A DNA stretch of 57,820 nt from Myxococcota bacterium (GCA_039030515.1 JBCCEA010000025.1:1-57820), one strand, 5' to 3'. Counted from the first letter of the stretch, positions 37,972-47,921 are shown. Translations and numbers: made by a program. The notes: a model not told the origin generated them from the letters alone.

Positions 37972-38823
37972 ATGACCCGCGGAGCTGTTCCAGCACGGCG
38001 ACCTCCTCCGACGCTGTCGAGCTTGCGAGCTCTGGCGGAAAGTTGGCTGACGAAGAACCCGGGTGAGTTCACCCGTGCTGCTCTGGTTCACCTCATGAAC
38101 TTCGGAACGTTTATGCTCGCGGCGTTTGTGATGCACTGTCTTGAAAACAGTATCGAGCGGTCTTTTCAAGATCGACGCCCAATGTTGCCAGAGGTTGGGA
38201 CACCCAGAGCGAACCTGGCTGTTCTTTTCAAGTTTATCCATTTCGCCACCCATTCTTTCGTCTCACTGCCTGTTTCTCACCGCCTTGTTTCACGTCTCGG
38301 CCCGAAGAGGTTTGTGGGTCTCCCTTGTTTTGAGCCTCTGGTGGCACTCTTTGCGCTTCTAACGACTCTATCCATCGTAGGGACTACCGCGCAGTTCATC
38401 GAACGTCCTCGAAATGGTGCTGGTGGAAGAGGAGCATATGCCTGGCCGAGCCTGATGCATGAACTGCTGCAGTGGGCTTTAGAAGACGTAGTCTATCGAG
38501 TGGTCAGGGCTCGATTGCCGTCCCGGAGCGCTGGTGTCGCAATTACAAGCTGTCGACTGATACGCGCCAGCCTGGCGGTGCCCTATATGACAGACTTGGC
38601 CTGCGGTACGCCCGCTGCGATTTCTCCACCGAGACCAGGGACGAAAAACCCTTTTTCCTTTTTTCAGCGGAGCTCAAAGCTGCCCCTGCCGCACATACCT
38701 CAACGGCAATTGGGATTGTCTCCTCCGAGCAATACACGGAACTTCATACTGTGGGTAGGAGGCGCCGCTGTGCTAATTTCTTTTGAAGAGTTGCAGGCCG
38801 CGGTTGTTCGCAGTTTAGGCTGA
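37972..38823 (+). CDS. Orphan hypothetical membrane protein
   Basis: 283-aa ORF filling the gap between cysN and the methylase. Several hydrophobic segments and no recognisable motif. Confidence 0.5.
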   Translation: MTRGAVPARRPPPTLSSLRALAESWLTKNPGEFTRAALVHLMNFGTFMLAAFVMHCLENSIERSFQDRRPMLPEVGTPRANLAVLFKFIHFATHSFVSLPVSHRLVSRLGPKRFVGLPCFEPLVALFALLTTLSIVGTTAQFIERPRNGAGGRGAYAWPSLMHELLQWALEDVVYRVVRARLPSRSAGVAITSCRLIRASLAVPYMTDLACGTPAAISPPRPGTKNPFSFFQRSSKLPLPHIPQRQLGLSPPSNTRNFILWVGGAAVLISFEELQAAVVRSLG

Positions 38824-38937
38824 TTGTGCAATCCAGAAGAGAACGACTAAAGCGCGCTGCAAAGTCGTTTCATTGTCTGTACGTTGTATCTAAGTCTTAT
38901 TTCTTTTCATCTGTTTTTGTACTTTAGACCAGCGCAC

Positions 38938-40113
38938 CTAACGACCAACGTAGGCCACTACCTTTGCGCCACCCGAACGCGAGTTGAATACCTGACGAAG
39001 TTCTAACGCAGTCAGGCGTGCCTGTTGAGCGCTGCCGACGAGAAAAGTCAGCGCGGCACTGGACTGCTGAATACGGTCTCCTAGGCGCTGATAGACCGGC
39101 CTGAGGTCTTTCCCTTTGCCCAAGCGGCGACCGTGAGGCGGATCGGTCACCACGACAAGGGGCTCCTTTGAGTTCCAAGCCGAGGCGCTGCTGAGGGCTG
39201 CGTGTTCTACCTGAAGTTGGCTCTGGATTCCGGCGCGCTGCGCATTCTCCAACGTCGCAGAGATCGCTCCTGCATCCCGATCCGAGGCGTAGATCGATAC
39301 GCGAGATACATCGCCTGGCTTGGGCGCATAGACAGCGCGAATCTCTGCCCATGAGCGCGCATCGAAGTCGGCCAAGGTTTCAAAGGCAAATCGGCGATTC
39401 CATCCCGGAGGCACCCCTGTCGATCGACGCGCCGCTTCGATCGGAATGGTCCCGGCACCACAAAACGGATCGAAGAGCGGGGCCGATCCATCCCAACCCG
39501 AAACCGCCAGCAGGGCAGCGGCAAGGTCTTCTCGCAGAGGTGCTTTGGTCTGCGCCAAGCGGTAGCCCCTACGGTGTAGCGGTTGTCCGGACAGATCGAC
39601 GTAGAGCCGGCAGCGATCGTCGACGATCTCCGCCTCTAAAAGAGCCGGGGGAGGGTCACCTTCGGCTGCCGAGACGCCATCACCGCTAGGTTGCACCGCC
39701 TCGGCCTCGCCGATTCGCTCGAGCGCCGCATGCAGGCGGTCGGCCAGAGCCCCGGTGTGGTAGAGCTTCGATCGCTTGGAGCGAACGCGTATCGTCGGCC
39801 GCGTGCAAAACCACGACTCCAGGGATGCCTTCTTAAGAAAACGAGAAAATTCAGCTAGATGGCGCACCCTAAAGTCGTCTATCTGCAGGCAGACTCGTTC
39901 TGCCGTGGCGAGCAATAGATTCAGCGCATACGCCTCTGAAAGGGTGGCTTCAACTCCGATGCGACCTGGTTTCACTCGGAGGGCAATCGCGTCCTCTGCC
40001 GCCGATTCAGGGCTGTCCGCCCTGCGACAGGTCGCCAATATCGAACGCGTCTCTGCCTCCACGATCGATTCAAGGCCATGGGCGCAACCCACCTCAACGG
40101 TCCAAGCCTGCAT
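38938..40113 (-). CDS. THUMP/RlmL-like class I SAM-dependent RNA methyltransferase
   Basis: SG.PLHRRGYR, APLREDLAAALL, DPFCGAGTIPIEAA and VTDPPHG (a variant of NPPYG). Confidence 0.88.
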   Translation of the reverse strand: MQAWTVEVGCAHGLESIVEAETRSILATCRRADSPESAAEDAIALRVKPGRIGVEATLSEAYALNLLLATAERVCLQIDDFRVRHLAEFSRFLKKASLESWFCTRPTIRVRSKRSKLYHTGALADRLHAALERIGEAEAVQPSGDGVSAAEGDPPPALLEAEIVDDRCRLYVDLSGQPLHRRGYRLAQTKAPLREDLAAALLAVSGWDGSAPLFDPFCGAGTIPIEAARRSTGVPPGWNRRFAFETLADFDARSWAEIRAVYAPKPGDVSRVSIYASDRDAGAISATLENAQRAGIQSQLQVEHAALSSASAWNSKEPLVVVTDPPHGRRLGKGKDLRPVYQRLGDRIQQSSAALTFLVGSAQQARLTALELRQVFNSRSGGAKVVAYVGR

Positions 40114-40221
40114 ATCGATCAATTCCCACAAGAGCCTGCAAGCGGCCACTGCCCGGGATTTCGGCGGAAGCGCGCAGTCCACCAGAGGCGCCTTGGGGCA
40201 CGACGGTCGGAGACGAGACAG

Positions 40222-41058
40222 TCAGAGACCAGACGGTCCGTTGAGCACCGCATTCGCTTCGATCGACGGCACATAGGGCGTCGGCGTCGGCAGCTGCCAG
40301 GCATTGGCTCGGGCGACGATTCTCGACGAACTGTCGCGCACACGCAGGGTAAATTCGCAGACCACCGATAGCGGCGCAAAGGTTTGAAGGGCGATCCGAA
40401 CACCGGTCAGTGCGGCCACCTGCTTGGGAATGAACGCTTGCGCCCGCGTATCCGTGGAGGAATGGCTCGAAGGAAGCACGATGCCGCTTGGCACAATCCC
40501 CCCGAATTCTTCGGCGGTCGCCGTCGCAGACCAGTTCGCCATCGTCGCAAGGTCCACCGCCATTTCATCGAAGTGCTCCTCACGAACCGTGCCGGAAACG
40601 GTGTGCATCGCCTCGAGGACCACTCGGTACTCGTACTGCGATGGGTCTTGAATGAGTGCATCTGCGATCAGGTTGATCGCGGGAAGATACTCGTGAAATT
40701 CATTGAAGGCGTTGATCTGCAGGGCGACGTCCACATCTTGCTCAGATAGATTGTGCAGTACCCAGTCAAGCTCTAGGTGGAACTGGTCGCGCCGCACCCA
40801 GGGATCTCGTCCGTAGGGCTGCAGATTCGAAGATGCGAGCGCATCGAGTCGCGCCTCAGAAGGTTCGCGAAGGGGCAACTCGACGCGAAGCACCTCGATA
40901 AAGATCGAGGTGCTTTTACCGATGAGCGATGCCTCTGTGTCCACCGTCATCGCGAGTGAATAGGAGCCTCCCTCGCCTAGGTATTCTCGATCGGTACACG
41001 AAACGAGCAAGGCGATCCAAATGAGACCGGATGAAGAGATGGATTTGGCAGGATGCAT
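40222..41058 (-). CDS. Hypothetical lipoprotein
   Basis: Signal ending LIWIALLVSC, a lipobox. Confidence 0.65.
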   Translation of the reverse strand: MHPAKSISSSGLIWIALLVSCTDREYLGEGGSYSLAMTVDTEASLIGKSTSIFIEVLRVELPLREPSEARLDALASSNLQPYGRDPWVRRDQFHLELDWVLHNLSEQDVDVALQINAFNEFHEYLPAINLIADALIQDPSQYEYRVVLEAMHTVSGTVREEHFDEMAVDLATMANWSATATAEEFGGIVPSGIVLPSSHSSTDTRAQAFIPKQVAALTGVRIALQTFAPLSVVCEFTLRVRDSSSRIVARANAWQLPTPTPYVPSIEANAVLNGPSGL

Positions 41059-41236
41059 GTCGAGGTTTGATGCTACCAACCCGGGTCCGCTTTAGGGGAT
41101 CGCTCGGCCTGCATCTCCAGTTGCGTCAGCTGGTGTGGATCCAGACGCTCAAAGACCGCGATCCAACTTATCGCCTCTCGCCGCGAAAGCGACAACCGTG
41201 CCTCTCTGCCGCGAAAGCGACCACCGTTCAGGTCCG

Positions 41237-42055
41237 CTAGGAGGCCTTTGGGATCACTACCAAAATACTGAATTCAACCCGGCGGTTCTGAGCTCGATCG
41301 AGGTCTGAGGTGTCGGACGTGATAGGGCTGGTCGCCCCGTATCCGACAGCCTCCAACATATCCCGAGGCACGCCCAGCTGAACCAGGTACTCGAGCACCG
41401 CTCGGGCGCGCTCTAACGATAGGTTGTCGTTGACCGCATCGGCACCGCGGCCATCCGTATGCCCTTCCACGCGGAGCTTCTGGACGTCTCGACGCGCCGA
41501 AAGCGTATGGGTCACCTCTCGGAGCAGCATCCGTTGCTGCTCGTTTAACTCGTTTCCGCTCGAGGGAAACGTCATACGGAACGGGAGTCTCACCCAGCGC
41601 GCGTCTCCCTCAGGGGGAGGCTCGGACTCTCGATCTGATGTCGCAAATGCACTCGTCGCAGTGGAACTCGTCGCAGGGGCGTCCGTGGTTGCGGTGTCGC
41701 TCGGTTCTTGATCTGCAGAACCTTCGGAGGCGGGCGATGCTGAATCCGTCACGTCGGAAATCGGCTCAGACAGATCTTGCTCTTGTGGGCGTTCTGCGTC
41801 TGGTGAGTCCGCCGAGCTCTGTGCATGGGCCCAGCCCTGCGCGTCAACCGAGCCCTGCCCGTCAACCGAGCCCTGTCGACCCGAGCAGCTCTGTTCGGCA
41901 CAACGGCAGCTAGCGCAGGTCGGCGGCGGACTATGCTTGGTGCACGCTCCAAACAGAGAGCCGCTCAAAACCATCCCGAGCGCGGTGAGCCAAATGTTCG
42001 GCAATACGTTCGATCCCCATCGCGTGAGAGGACCTGTGCGCCTGAAAACACCCAA
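41237..42055 (-). CDS. OmpA-family peptidoglycan-binding lipoprotein
   Basis: LFGAC lipobox, low-complexity linker, and VEGHTD...NDNLSLERARAV...GYG....NRRVEF. Confidence 0.9.
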   Translation of the reverse strand: MGVFRRTGPLTRWGSNVLPNIWLTALGMVLSGSLFGACTKHSPPPTCASCRCAEQSCSGRQGSVDGQGSVDAQGWAHAQSSADSPDAERPQEQDLSEPISDVTDSASPASEGSADQEPSDTATTDAPATSSTATSAFATSDRESEPPPEGDARWVRLPFRMTFPSSGNELNEQQRMLLREVTHTLSARRDVQKLRVEGHTDGRGADAVNDNLSLERARAVLEYLVQLGVPRDMLEAVGYGATSPITSDTSDLDRAQNRRVEFSILVVIPKAS

Positions 42056-42162
42056 GGAACGCTCCTTATCTCCGATTTCCCTGATCCGGAAGCGAGTTGG
42101 CAGGGACTAACACGGATGAAGGAGGTCGAGCAAGCGTCACCTGGCAAGGCAGATGCCGTCAG

Positions 42163-45100
42163 ATGACGCACGCATCACCCGACAAAACAAGGGTCATACC
42201 GCCAACGACTTCGGTATCATCAGCAAAGGTTATGAAGTCCATAGCTTGTCCATCGTGCGACTCGCAGATGCCTTGGGGTTCTACATTCTGCGGCGTTTGT
42301 GGTGCTCGCGTCAGCTCAGAGCCCGCAACCGATCGCGGTGGGAGCACGAACGCGATACCGACGGATGCCGCCGGTGAGGACCTGGATGGGCCGACGACCG
42401 AAACCCCCATGCCCGCAGGATCGATGCTCGAAGCTCGTTTGCCCGAACATCATGATTTTGCTGGACCACTCAGCCCCGAACCGAGCCGTACCGCTCGGAT
42501 TCAGAGCTTCTCCAAACTCGCATCGGAGCCGATCGATGCACCCCAGGAAGTCCTGCTTGGTCGGTCTGCATCCAACAACATTCAAGTGGATCGACCCGAC
42601 GTATCGACGCACCACGCCCGGGTTTTTGTCGATGAGCATCAGCGGCTGGCGATCGAAGATTTGGGATCCACCAACGGGACCTACGTCAACGGAGTCCGAG
42701 TGTCCGTGGCGACCATTTCGTTTACGGACGACGTTCGAATTGCCACGGCGCCGATACGGCTGAGCGATCCGCAGGTGGCCGGAATGCTGGTCTGCGTGCG
42801 AACGGTTCCCGGACCAAAGCAACCGATAACGCTTGGAAGTCACTCCTCGTGTGATGTGCAGATCGCGTATCCAGACGTGGCCCCGATGCACGCATCCGTG
42901 ACCCCTCAGGCGGACGGGGCGATGCTGGTTTGCGATGCGCAATCGGGCAAACCGACCTGCATCGACACCCCGCAAAACCGTATTGTGGAAGCAAAAGTCG
43001 CCCCCTCCTCGATTTTACTCCTGAGCTCGTTTCCTTTGCCGCTATCGCTTTTAGAGCGATTGATCGAACATGCCGCTGGAACCGCGCCGTCCCGCAGCTC
43101 GATCGCCCTGAAGGACGCTCTTCAGCATCTGAGGCCCGACGCGACCCAATTTATCGTCGGTCGAGAGCAAGGCGCAGATGTAGCGCTCGCCCACCCGACC
43201 ATCTCGGCAAGACATGCACTTTTCCGACGAGGCCCGGAGGGATCGCATCGGATCGAAGACCTGGGATCGAGCAACGGAACCTTTCTCAACGGGGTGCGAA
43301 TTCGCGCGGGGATCGCCAGACCGGGCGACGTCATCACCCTTGGCGCGGTCGACCTTACGATCGGCAAAGAGGGTATCGAGAACGTCGCCCGTTCGAGCGT
43401 TCGGATCGACCTTGTGGACGTGAGCGTCCAGGTCCAAGACCACACGACCGGCAACCCCAAGACCCTCGTCGATGAGGTGAGCATGTCGATCTTTCCCTCC
43501 GAGCTGGTCGGCATGCTGGGTCCATCTGGAGCCGGCAAAACCACCTTGCTGATGACCCTACTCGGCCGATGCCTTCCTAGCGCGGGCGGCGTTCGACTGA
43601 ACGGCCAACCTCTGTTCACCCAGTACGAGGCGTTTCGAACAAACGTCGGATACGTCCCCCAAGACGACATCGTTCATCCCGAGCTGACGGTTCGTGAGGC
43701 CCTTTGGTACGCGAGCCGTCTGCGTTTGCCCTCAGGGACCAGCCGCACGCTGATCGAGCAAAACATCGAAGACACCCTGCGGCAGGTGGGGCTCTGGGAT
43801 CAGCGGGATCTTCAGATCGGTTCCCCGGAGATGAAGATCCTTTCCGGCGGCCAACGAAGACGCGTGAATCTGGCGGTCGAACTGGTGACCGATCCTGCGC
43901 TGCTCATCTTGGACGAGCCGACGAGCGGGCTTTCTTGGTCGGACGCTGCCGACGTGATTCAGACCCTGAGGCAGCTGGCCGACGACGGTCGAACCGTGTG
44001 CCTCACCATCCATCAGCCTGACTATCAGGAGTACGAACAATTCGACAACGTAGCGATCCTCGGGTGCGGTGGGAAGCTGCTCTTCTTTGGTCCCCCTTCG
44101 CCTGATAGCTACGAATTCTTTCAAGCGGAGCCCGGTAAGCCGCGGCAGGTACTCGATCGCGTAGAGCAAAACAACGCAGAGACCTGGCGAGCGCGCTTTC
44201 GGGGTTCAGAGATCTTCCAACGCTTTGTGGTGCAGCGAGCGCCCGATGGAAACGAAGGACCACATGCTCCACTACCGAAACCACGCAAACGCAGCTCGCT
44301 CCATCAGTTCCCGCTGCTGCTCTCCCGCAATCTGAAGCTGATGCTGCGCAATCGCTCGGCACTCGCGCTGCTGATCTTGCAGGCTCCATTGCTCGGGGCG
44401 CTCATCGGATTTTCGGTGCGAGACAGCGCAAGCTTTCAGGCGCCTCTCTACGGCTGCTCGGACGCTCAGGGCCAGCAGGATCCGTGCGCGATGGAGCATG
44501 CCTTCTTGGCCTGCGATCCGGAAATCCGAATGGCGGCGCTGGCCGGCATGGATATGTCTGCCCAGGACACCGTTCGAGTCGAGGATCCCCGCACTGGACT
44601 CATCGCGATCTTGATGGCGATCTTTCTTCCGATGGTAATCGCGGCTTCCAACTTACCGGTCGGAGAGCGGATGATCTACGAGCGCGAGCGTTTGGCCGGG
44701 CTTCGCATCGCGCCCTACGTGCTGGCGCGCTTCTCGATATTGGTGGGCTTGGGAGCCCTGGTGGCTTTTGGCAATATGGCGATCTCGGTGCCGGTGCTGC
44801 AGCTCAAAGGCGGGTTCGGCTGGTACTGGATCGTGGGAGCGCTGACCGCCACCGCTGCATCGGCTGTCGGTATTGCGCTCAGCGCTGCGGTACGGACACC
44901 AACCTCAGCGCTTTGGGGGATCAACCTGCTGGTAATCCCCCAACTCCTCTTTGCCGGGAGCATCGTAAAATTGGCGGGGCCGATCGCGTGGCTCAGTGCG
45001 CTGACCACCACGCGTTACGGTCTCGAAGCGCTCACGCATATCGATTTACGGTCTCAGACGGCACTCAAGCGCTGTCAGGTCGAGCGGTATATGGAGAATC

Positions 45101-45261
45101 TGCCTGGTTTCGCTCCAGATCTCACCGAGCCCATCGCGTATGCAGCCTGGGGCACCGGGGGCATTACCTTGGTCTGTCTGACCCTGACCATGGCGATGCT
45201 CTTCTGGAAAGATCGCTCATTTCTGAACGATGCGATCCGCAAGAGAGCGCGATCTCTATAG
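42163..45261 (+). CDS. Zn-ribbon + multi-FHA + ABC ATPase + ABC-2 permease fusion (Rv1747-like exporter)
   Basis: CPSC..FCGVCG, FHA motifs (GR..VSTHHA..DLGSTNGT and GR..ISARHA..DLGSSNGT), GPSGAGKTT, LSGGQ, LDEPTSGL and about six TMs. Start uncertain (42097, 42163 or 42232). Confidence 0.92.
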   Translation: MTHASPDKTRVIPPTTSVSSAKVMKSIACPSCDSQMPWGSTFCGVCGARVSSEPATDRGGSTNAIPTDAAGEDLDGPTTETPMPAGSMLEARLPEHHDFAGPLSPEPSRTARIQSFSKLASEPIDAPQEVLLGRSASNNIQVDRPDVSTHHARVFVDEHQRLAIEDLGSTNGTYVNGVRVSVATISFTDDVRIATAPIRLSDPQVAGMLVCVRTVPGPKQPITLGSHSSCDVQIAYPDVAPMHASVTPQADGAMLVCDAQSGKPTCIDTPQNRIVEAKVAPSSILLLSSFPLPLSLLERLIEHAAGTAPSRSSIALKDALQHLRPDATQFIVGREQGADVALAHPTISARHALFRRGPEGSHRIEDLGSSNGTFLNGVRIRAGIARPGDVITLGAVDLTIGKEGIENVARSSVRIDLVDVSVQVQDHTTGNPKTLVDEVSMSIFPSELVGMLGPSGAGKTTLLMTLLGRCLPSAGGVRLNGQPLFTQYEAFRTNVGYVPQDDIVHPELTVREALWYASRLRLPSGTSRTLIEQNIEDTLRQVGLWDQRDLQIGSPEMKILSGGQRRRVNLAVELVTDPALLILDEPTSGLSWSDAADVIQTLRQLADDGRTVCLTIHQPDYQEYEQFDNVAILGCGGKLLFFGPPSPDSYEFFQAEPGKPRQVLDRVEQNNAETWRARFRGSEIFQRFVVQRAPDGNEGPHAPLPKPRKRSSLHQFPLLLSRNLKLMLRNRSALALLILQAPLLGALIGFSVRDSASFQAPLYGCSDAQGQQDPCAMEHAFLACDPEIRMAALAGMDMSAQDTVRVEDPRTGLIAILMAIFLPMVIAASNLPVGERMIYERERLAGLRIAPYVLARFSILVGLGALVAFGNMAISVPVLQLKGGFGWYWIVGALTATAASAVGIALSAAVRTPTSALWGINLLVIPQLLFAGSIVKLAGPIAWLSALTTTRYGLEALTHIDLRSQTALKRCQVERYMENLPGFAPDLTEPIAYAAWGTGGITLVCLTLTMAMLFWKDRSFLNDAIRKRARSL

Positions 45262-45398
45262 CGTCGCCGCGATTCGAGCAGCCCACGGCCAGCGCTTGAG
45301 GGCCAGCAAGAAACTTGAGAGCCAGCAAGAAAAGAGTCGATCGGACGGAGACTTCGAGCGTGAGAACCTTCGCAGCGATCGTCAGCTGACAGGCCGAA

Positions 45399-45560
45399 TC
45401 ATCCCGATCGGGAATATAATGTCGGCGTAACGCTATGCGAGTGGTTGGGCCCTGCGAGATCCGCATAAATCTTCCTGATAAGGAAGAATCTTGCTCTATT
45501 GCCCCCTTGCAATACGCGCTGTCGCGGGCAACGTGGCGTATATTCCCGATCGGGAATATA
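45399..45560. promoter_or_regulatory. Three palindromic operators upstream of the hipB-like gene
   Basis: Perfect palindrome TATATTCCCGATCGGGAATATA at 45539-45560. Variants TCCCGATCGGGAATATA (45402-45418) and TCTTCCTGATAAGGAAGA (45470-45487). Centres begin at 45406, 45477 and 45548. Confidence 0.75.
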
Positions 45561-45577
45561 CTGGCGCAAGTTCACTC

Positions 45578-45829
45578 ATGAACAAGGCTCAAACCGTCGG
45601 AGCGATGAATCCCATGTTTCCGTCACCTAAGGAGAGCCTCGGGCAGTTTGTCCGCGAGCGCCGGAAATCCAATCGCATGACCCAGGAGGAACTTGCCGAG
45701 CTCGCCGGGGTCGGGGTGCGGTTGGTCGGAGAGCTCGAGCGCGGGAAACCCACCCTGCGGATGGATCGGGTGAACCGAGTACTCGGCGTGTTCGGCGTCC
45801 AACTTGGCGTGGCTGAGCTCCGTTCATGA
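45578..45829 (+). CDS. HipB-like XRE HTH regulator (y4mF type)
   Basis: LGQFVRERRK..MTQEELAELAGVGVRLVGELERGKPTLRMDRVNRVL. ATGA overlap with the next gene. Start uncertain. Confidence 0.88.
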   Translation: MNKAQTVGAMNPMFPSPKESLGQFVRERRKSNRMTQEELAELAGVGVRLVGELERGKPTLRMDRVNRVLGVFGVQLGVAELRS

Positions 45830-45935
45830 ATCGTCGATCCGCTGAAGTACGGATCGACGGACAACGGGTCGGACTCATCGAAGAGACGGATACCGGGTTC
45901 TCGTTTTGCTACGACGACCACTGGGTTCGTCACGG
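45826..45935 (+). pseudogene. Truncated HipA N-terminal-domain (HipS-like) gene
   Basis: MNRRSAEVRIDGQRVGLIEETDTGFSFCYDDHW matches the start of couple_hipA proteins. Similarity stops after about 35 aa. Confidence 0.75.
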
Positions 45936-45940
45936 CACCG

Positions 45941-46789
45941 TTTGGCGTCAGCAAGCCCCCGGCGGTCAGCCTAGAGTTGGCCAAGCTACATACCGCAGGG
46001 CTTGCGATGGTCGGAACATCGGCGCTTTCGGGGGCCCAGCGAAAACTCTCGGTACGGCTTGACTCGTCACGGATGACTCTGCAGGTCGCGACGACCGGTG
46101 GACGATTCATCTTGAAACCCCAAACCAACGTGTACCCGGAGCTCCCCGAAAACGAACATCTCACCATGCACCTGGCCGCACTGGCGGGACTAAACGTCGC
46201 TCCCAACGGCCTACTTCCTTTGGAAGACGGCAGTATCGCATACGTGGTGCGCCGCTTCGATCGACGAAACGACGGGAGCAAACGTCATCACGAGGCCTTC
46301 TGTCAGCTGGCAGAAAAGCCCGCGAGGGAGAAATATGAAGGCTCGGCAGAGCTGCTTGTTCGACTGCTTCGCACCCACGCAACCGAACCTTTGGTCGAAC
46401 TGCTCAAGCTCTTTCGACTTTGCGTCGCCGCATGGTGGACCGGCAACGGAGATATGCATCTTAAGAACGTCTCGATCCTTCGGGACGACGATGAACGCTA
46501 TCGACTGTCGCCGGTCTATGATTTTGTGTGCACGCGACTGGTCATCGATCGCGATCAGCTGGCGCTTTCGATCGGCGGGAAACGAGACCGTATGCGCCAA
46601 TCCGACTGGATTCGCTTCGCGGCCTGCGCCGCGATCCCCGAAAGAGCGGCAGTTCGAGTCCTCAAGAGCATTGCGAAACGGGGACACGCCGCTCTCCATG
46701 CGGTGCACAGCTCTTTTCTATCTTCGAAGATGAAGCAGCAATACCTCAAGCTCATCGGTGAGCGTTCGCAACTTCTAGAGGCCGACTAG
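45941..46789 (+). pseudogene. HipA-family (HipT-like) kinase lacking its native 5' end
   Basis: SGAQRKLS, FILKP, ENEHLTM, RRFDR, GNGDMHLKN and LSPVYD are present. In-frame FGVSKPPAVSLEL lies upstream of TTG 45977 without a start codon. Expression from an internal start cannot be excluded. Confidence 0.7.
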
Positions 46790-46802
46790 CCACAGAGCGT
46801 GA

Positions 46803-47921
46803 CTAGCCCGAGGCTTCTAAACCCCAGTGTTCTGCACTTTGGGGCCGGCTGATCAGAAATCCCTGCGCAAAGTCGCATTCCAGTTCTCGGCAGACTTCAA
46901 GCTCTTCCGGCGTCTCGATACCCTCTGCGATCACCCGAATCCCTTGATCCTGCATGACCCGACAGAGCGCGGACACCAAATCTTGTCGCGCTGGACTCCG
47001 GTCGATACCGCGCACCAATCGCATATCCAGTTTGATAAAGTCCGGGGGAACCTCAGCCAGCTCGACCAAGCGGGACTGACCGGCACCAAAATCGTCGTAA
47101 GCGAGTTCAATCCCGCGGGAATGGAGTTCTTCTTTGAGCCCCGCCATGCCGTGAATATCGCTTACCGCACGTTCGTGAATCTCGAGGACCAAGATTCGCT
47201 CCTTCAGGAGCTCTGTCGGCAGCGTGTGAAGCAGCTCAGGTAAACGCGCCGGGCTTAACTCAGAGGCATGCACGTTGATGAAGATGCGGTGCGCGGCGAG
47301 GGGAAGGTCTACGGCGTGAGCGAGCGCCTTCATCCGCATGCGTTGACTCAACTCGCTCGCTTGACTCTTCTCTGCCACTTCGAAAAGCCCGCTAGGAGCG
47401 ACGGAACCGCTTGGGAGTTCGGTGCGTGCGAGCGCTTCAAACCCTAGGTGAACTCCGGAGGTGACCGCGACGATGGGCTGAAAAACCGCCGTAATCAGCT
47501 CACCGTCGTTGAGAACCCGATACAGCGCGTGCAAGCGCTGGATAAACCGTTCGGTATCCTCGGACTGCCCCACCGAGGTGTGTTGTTCTTGTGCATCGTC
47601 TGTACCTGCTCCCCGAGACCGAAAGCGAAATTCTCGATGCGCCAGGTGCAGCACATCGCCGTCGTTGAGGAACACCTCACACCGGATTCGCTGGCCGTTC
47701 AGGTAGGTTCCGTTGCGACTCTGAAGGTCGCGGAGCACGATCTCGTCGCCTCGGACGTCGAATTCGGCGTGCAGCTTACTGACTCGGGTGCTGTGCACCA
47801 CGAAATCAGCAGTTTTGGACCGGCCCATTCTGAAGGGCATCGAATCTAGCTGGATTCTGAAGGGAGGTTCGCCTGGATCAGGTCGATGCTCGAGGAAGGG
47901 ATGTGGGGGGGAGGACTGCAC
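46803..47921 (-). CDS. FHA-EAL domain c-di-GMP phosphodiesterase
   Basis: GRS..VSKLHA..DLQSRNGT FHA domain, then FQPIV, FEALAR, DDFGAGQS, IKLD, AEGIET and AQGF. Confidence 0.92.
   Translation of the reverse strand: MQSSPPHPFLEHRPDPGEPPFRIQLDSMPFRMGRSKTADFVVHSTRVSKLHAEFDVRGDEIVLRDLQSRNGTYLNGQRIRCEVFLNDGDVLHLAHREFRFRSRGAGTDDAQEQHTSVGQSEDTERFIQRLHALYRVLNDGELITAVFQPIVAVTSGVHLGFEALARTELPSGSVAPSGLFEVAEKSQASELSQRMRMKALAHAVDLPLAAHRIFINVHASELSPARLPELLHTLPTELLKERILVLEIHERAVSDIHGMAGLKEELHSRGIELAYDDFGAGQSRLVELAEVPPDFIKLDMRLVRGIDRSPARQDLVSALCRVMQDQGIRVIAEGIETPEELEVCRELECDFAQGFLISRPQSAEHWGLEASG

Noticed and set aside
44484..46281. ORFs 44484..45299 (+) and 45589..46281 (-)
   Set aside because: Alternate-frame or antisense overlaps of the ABC exporter and the hip operon.
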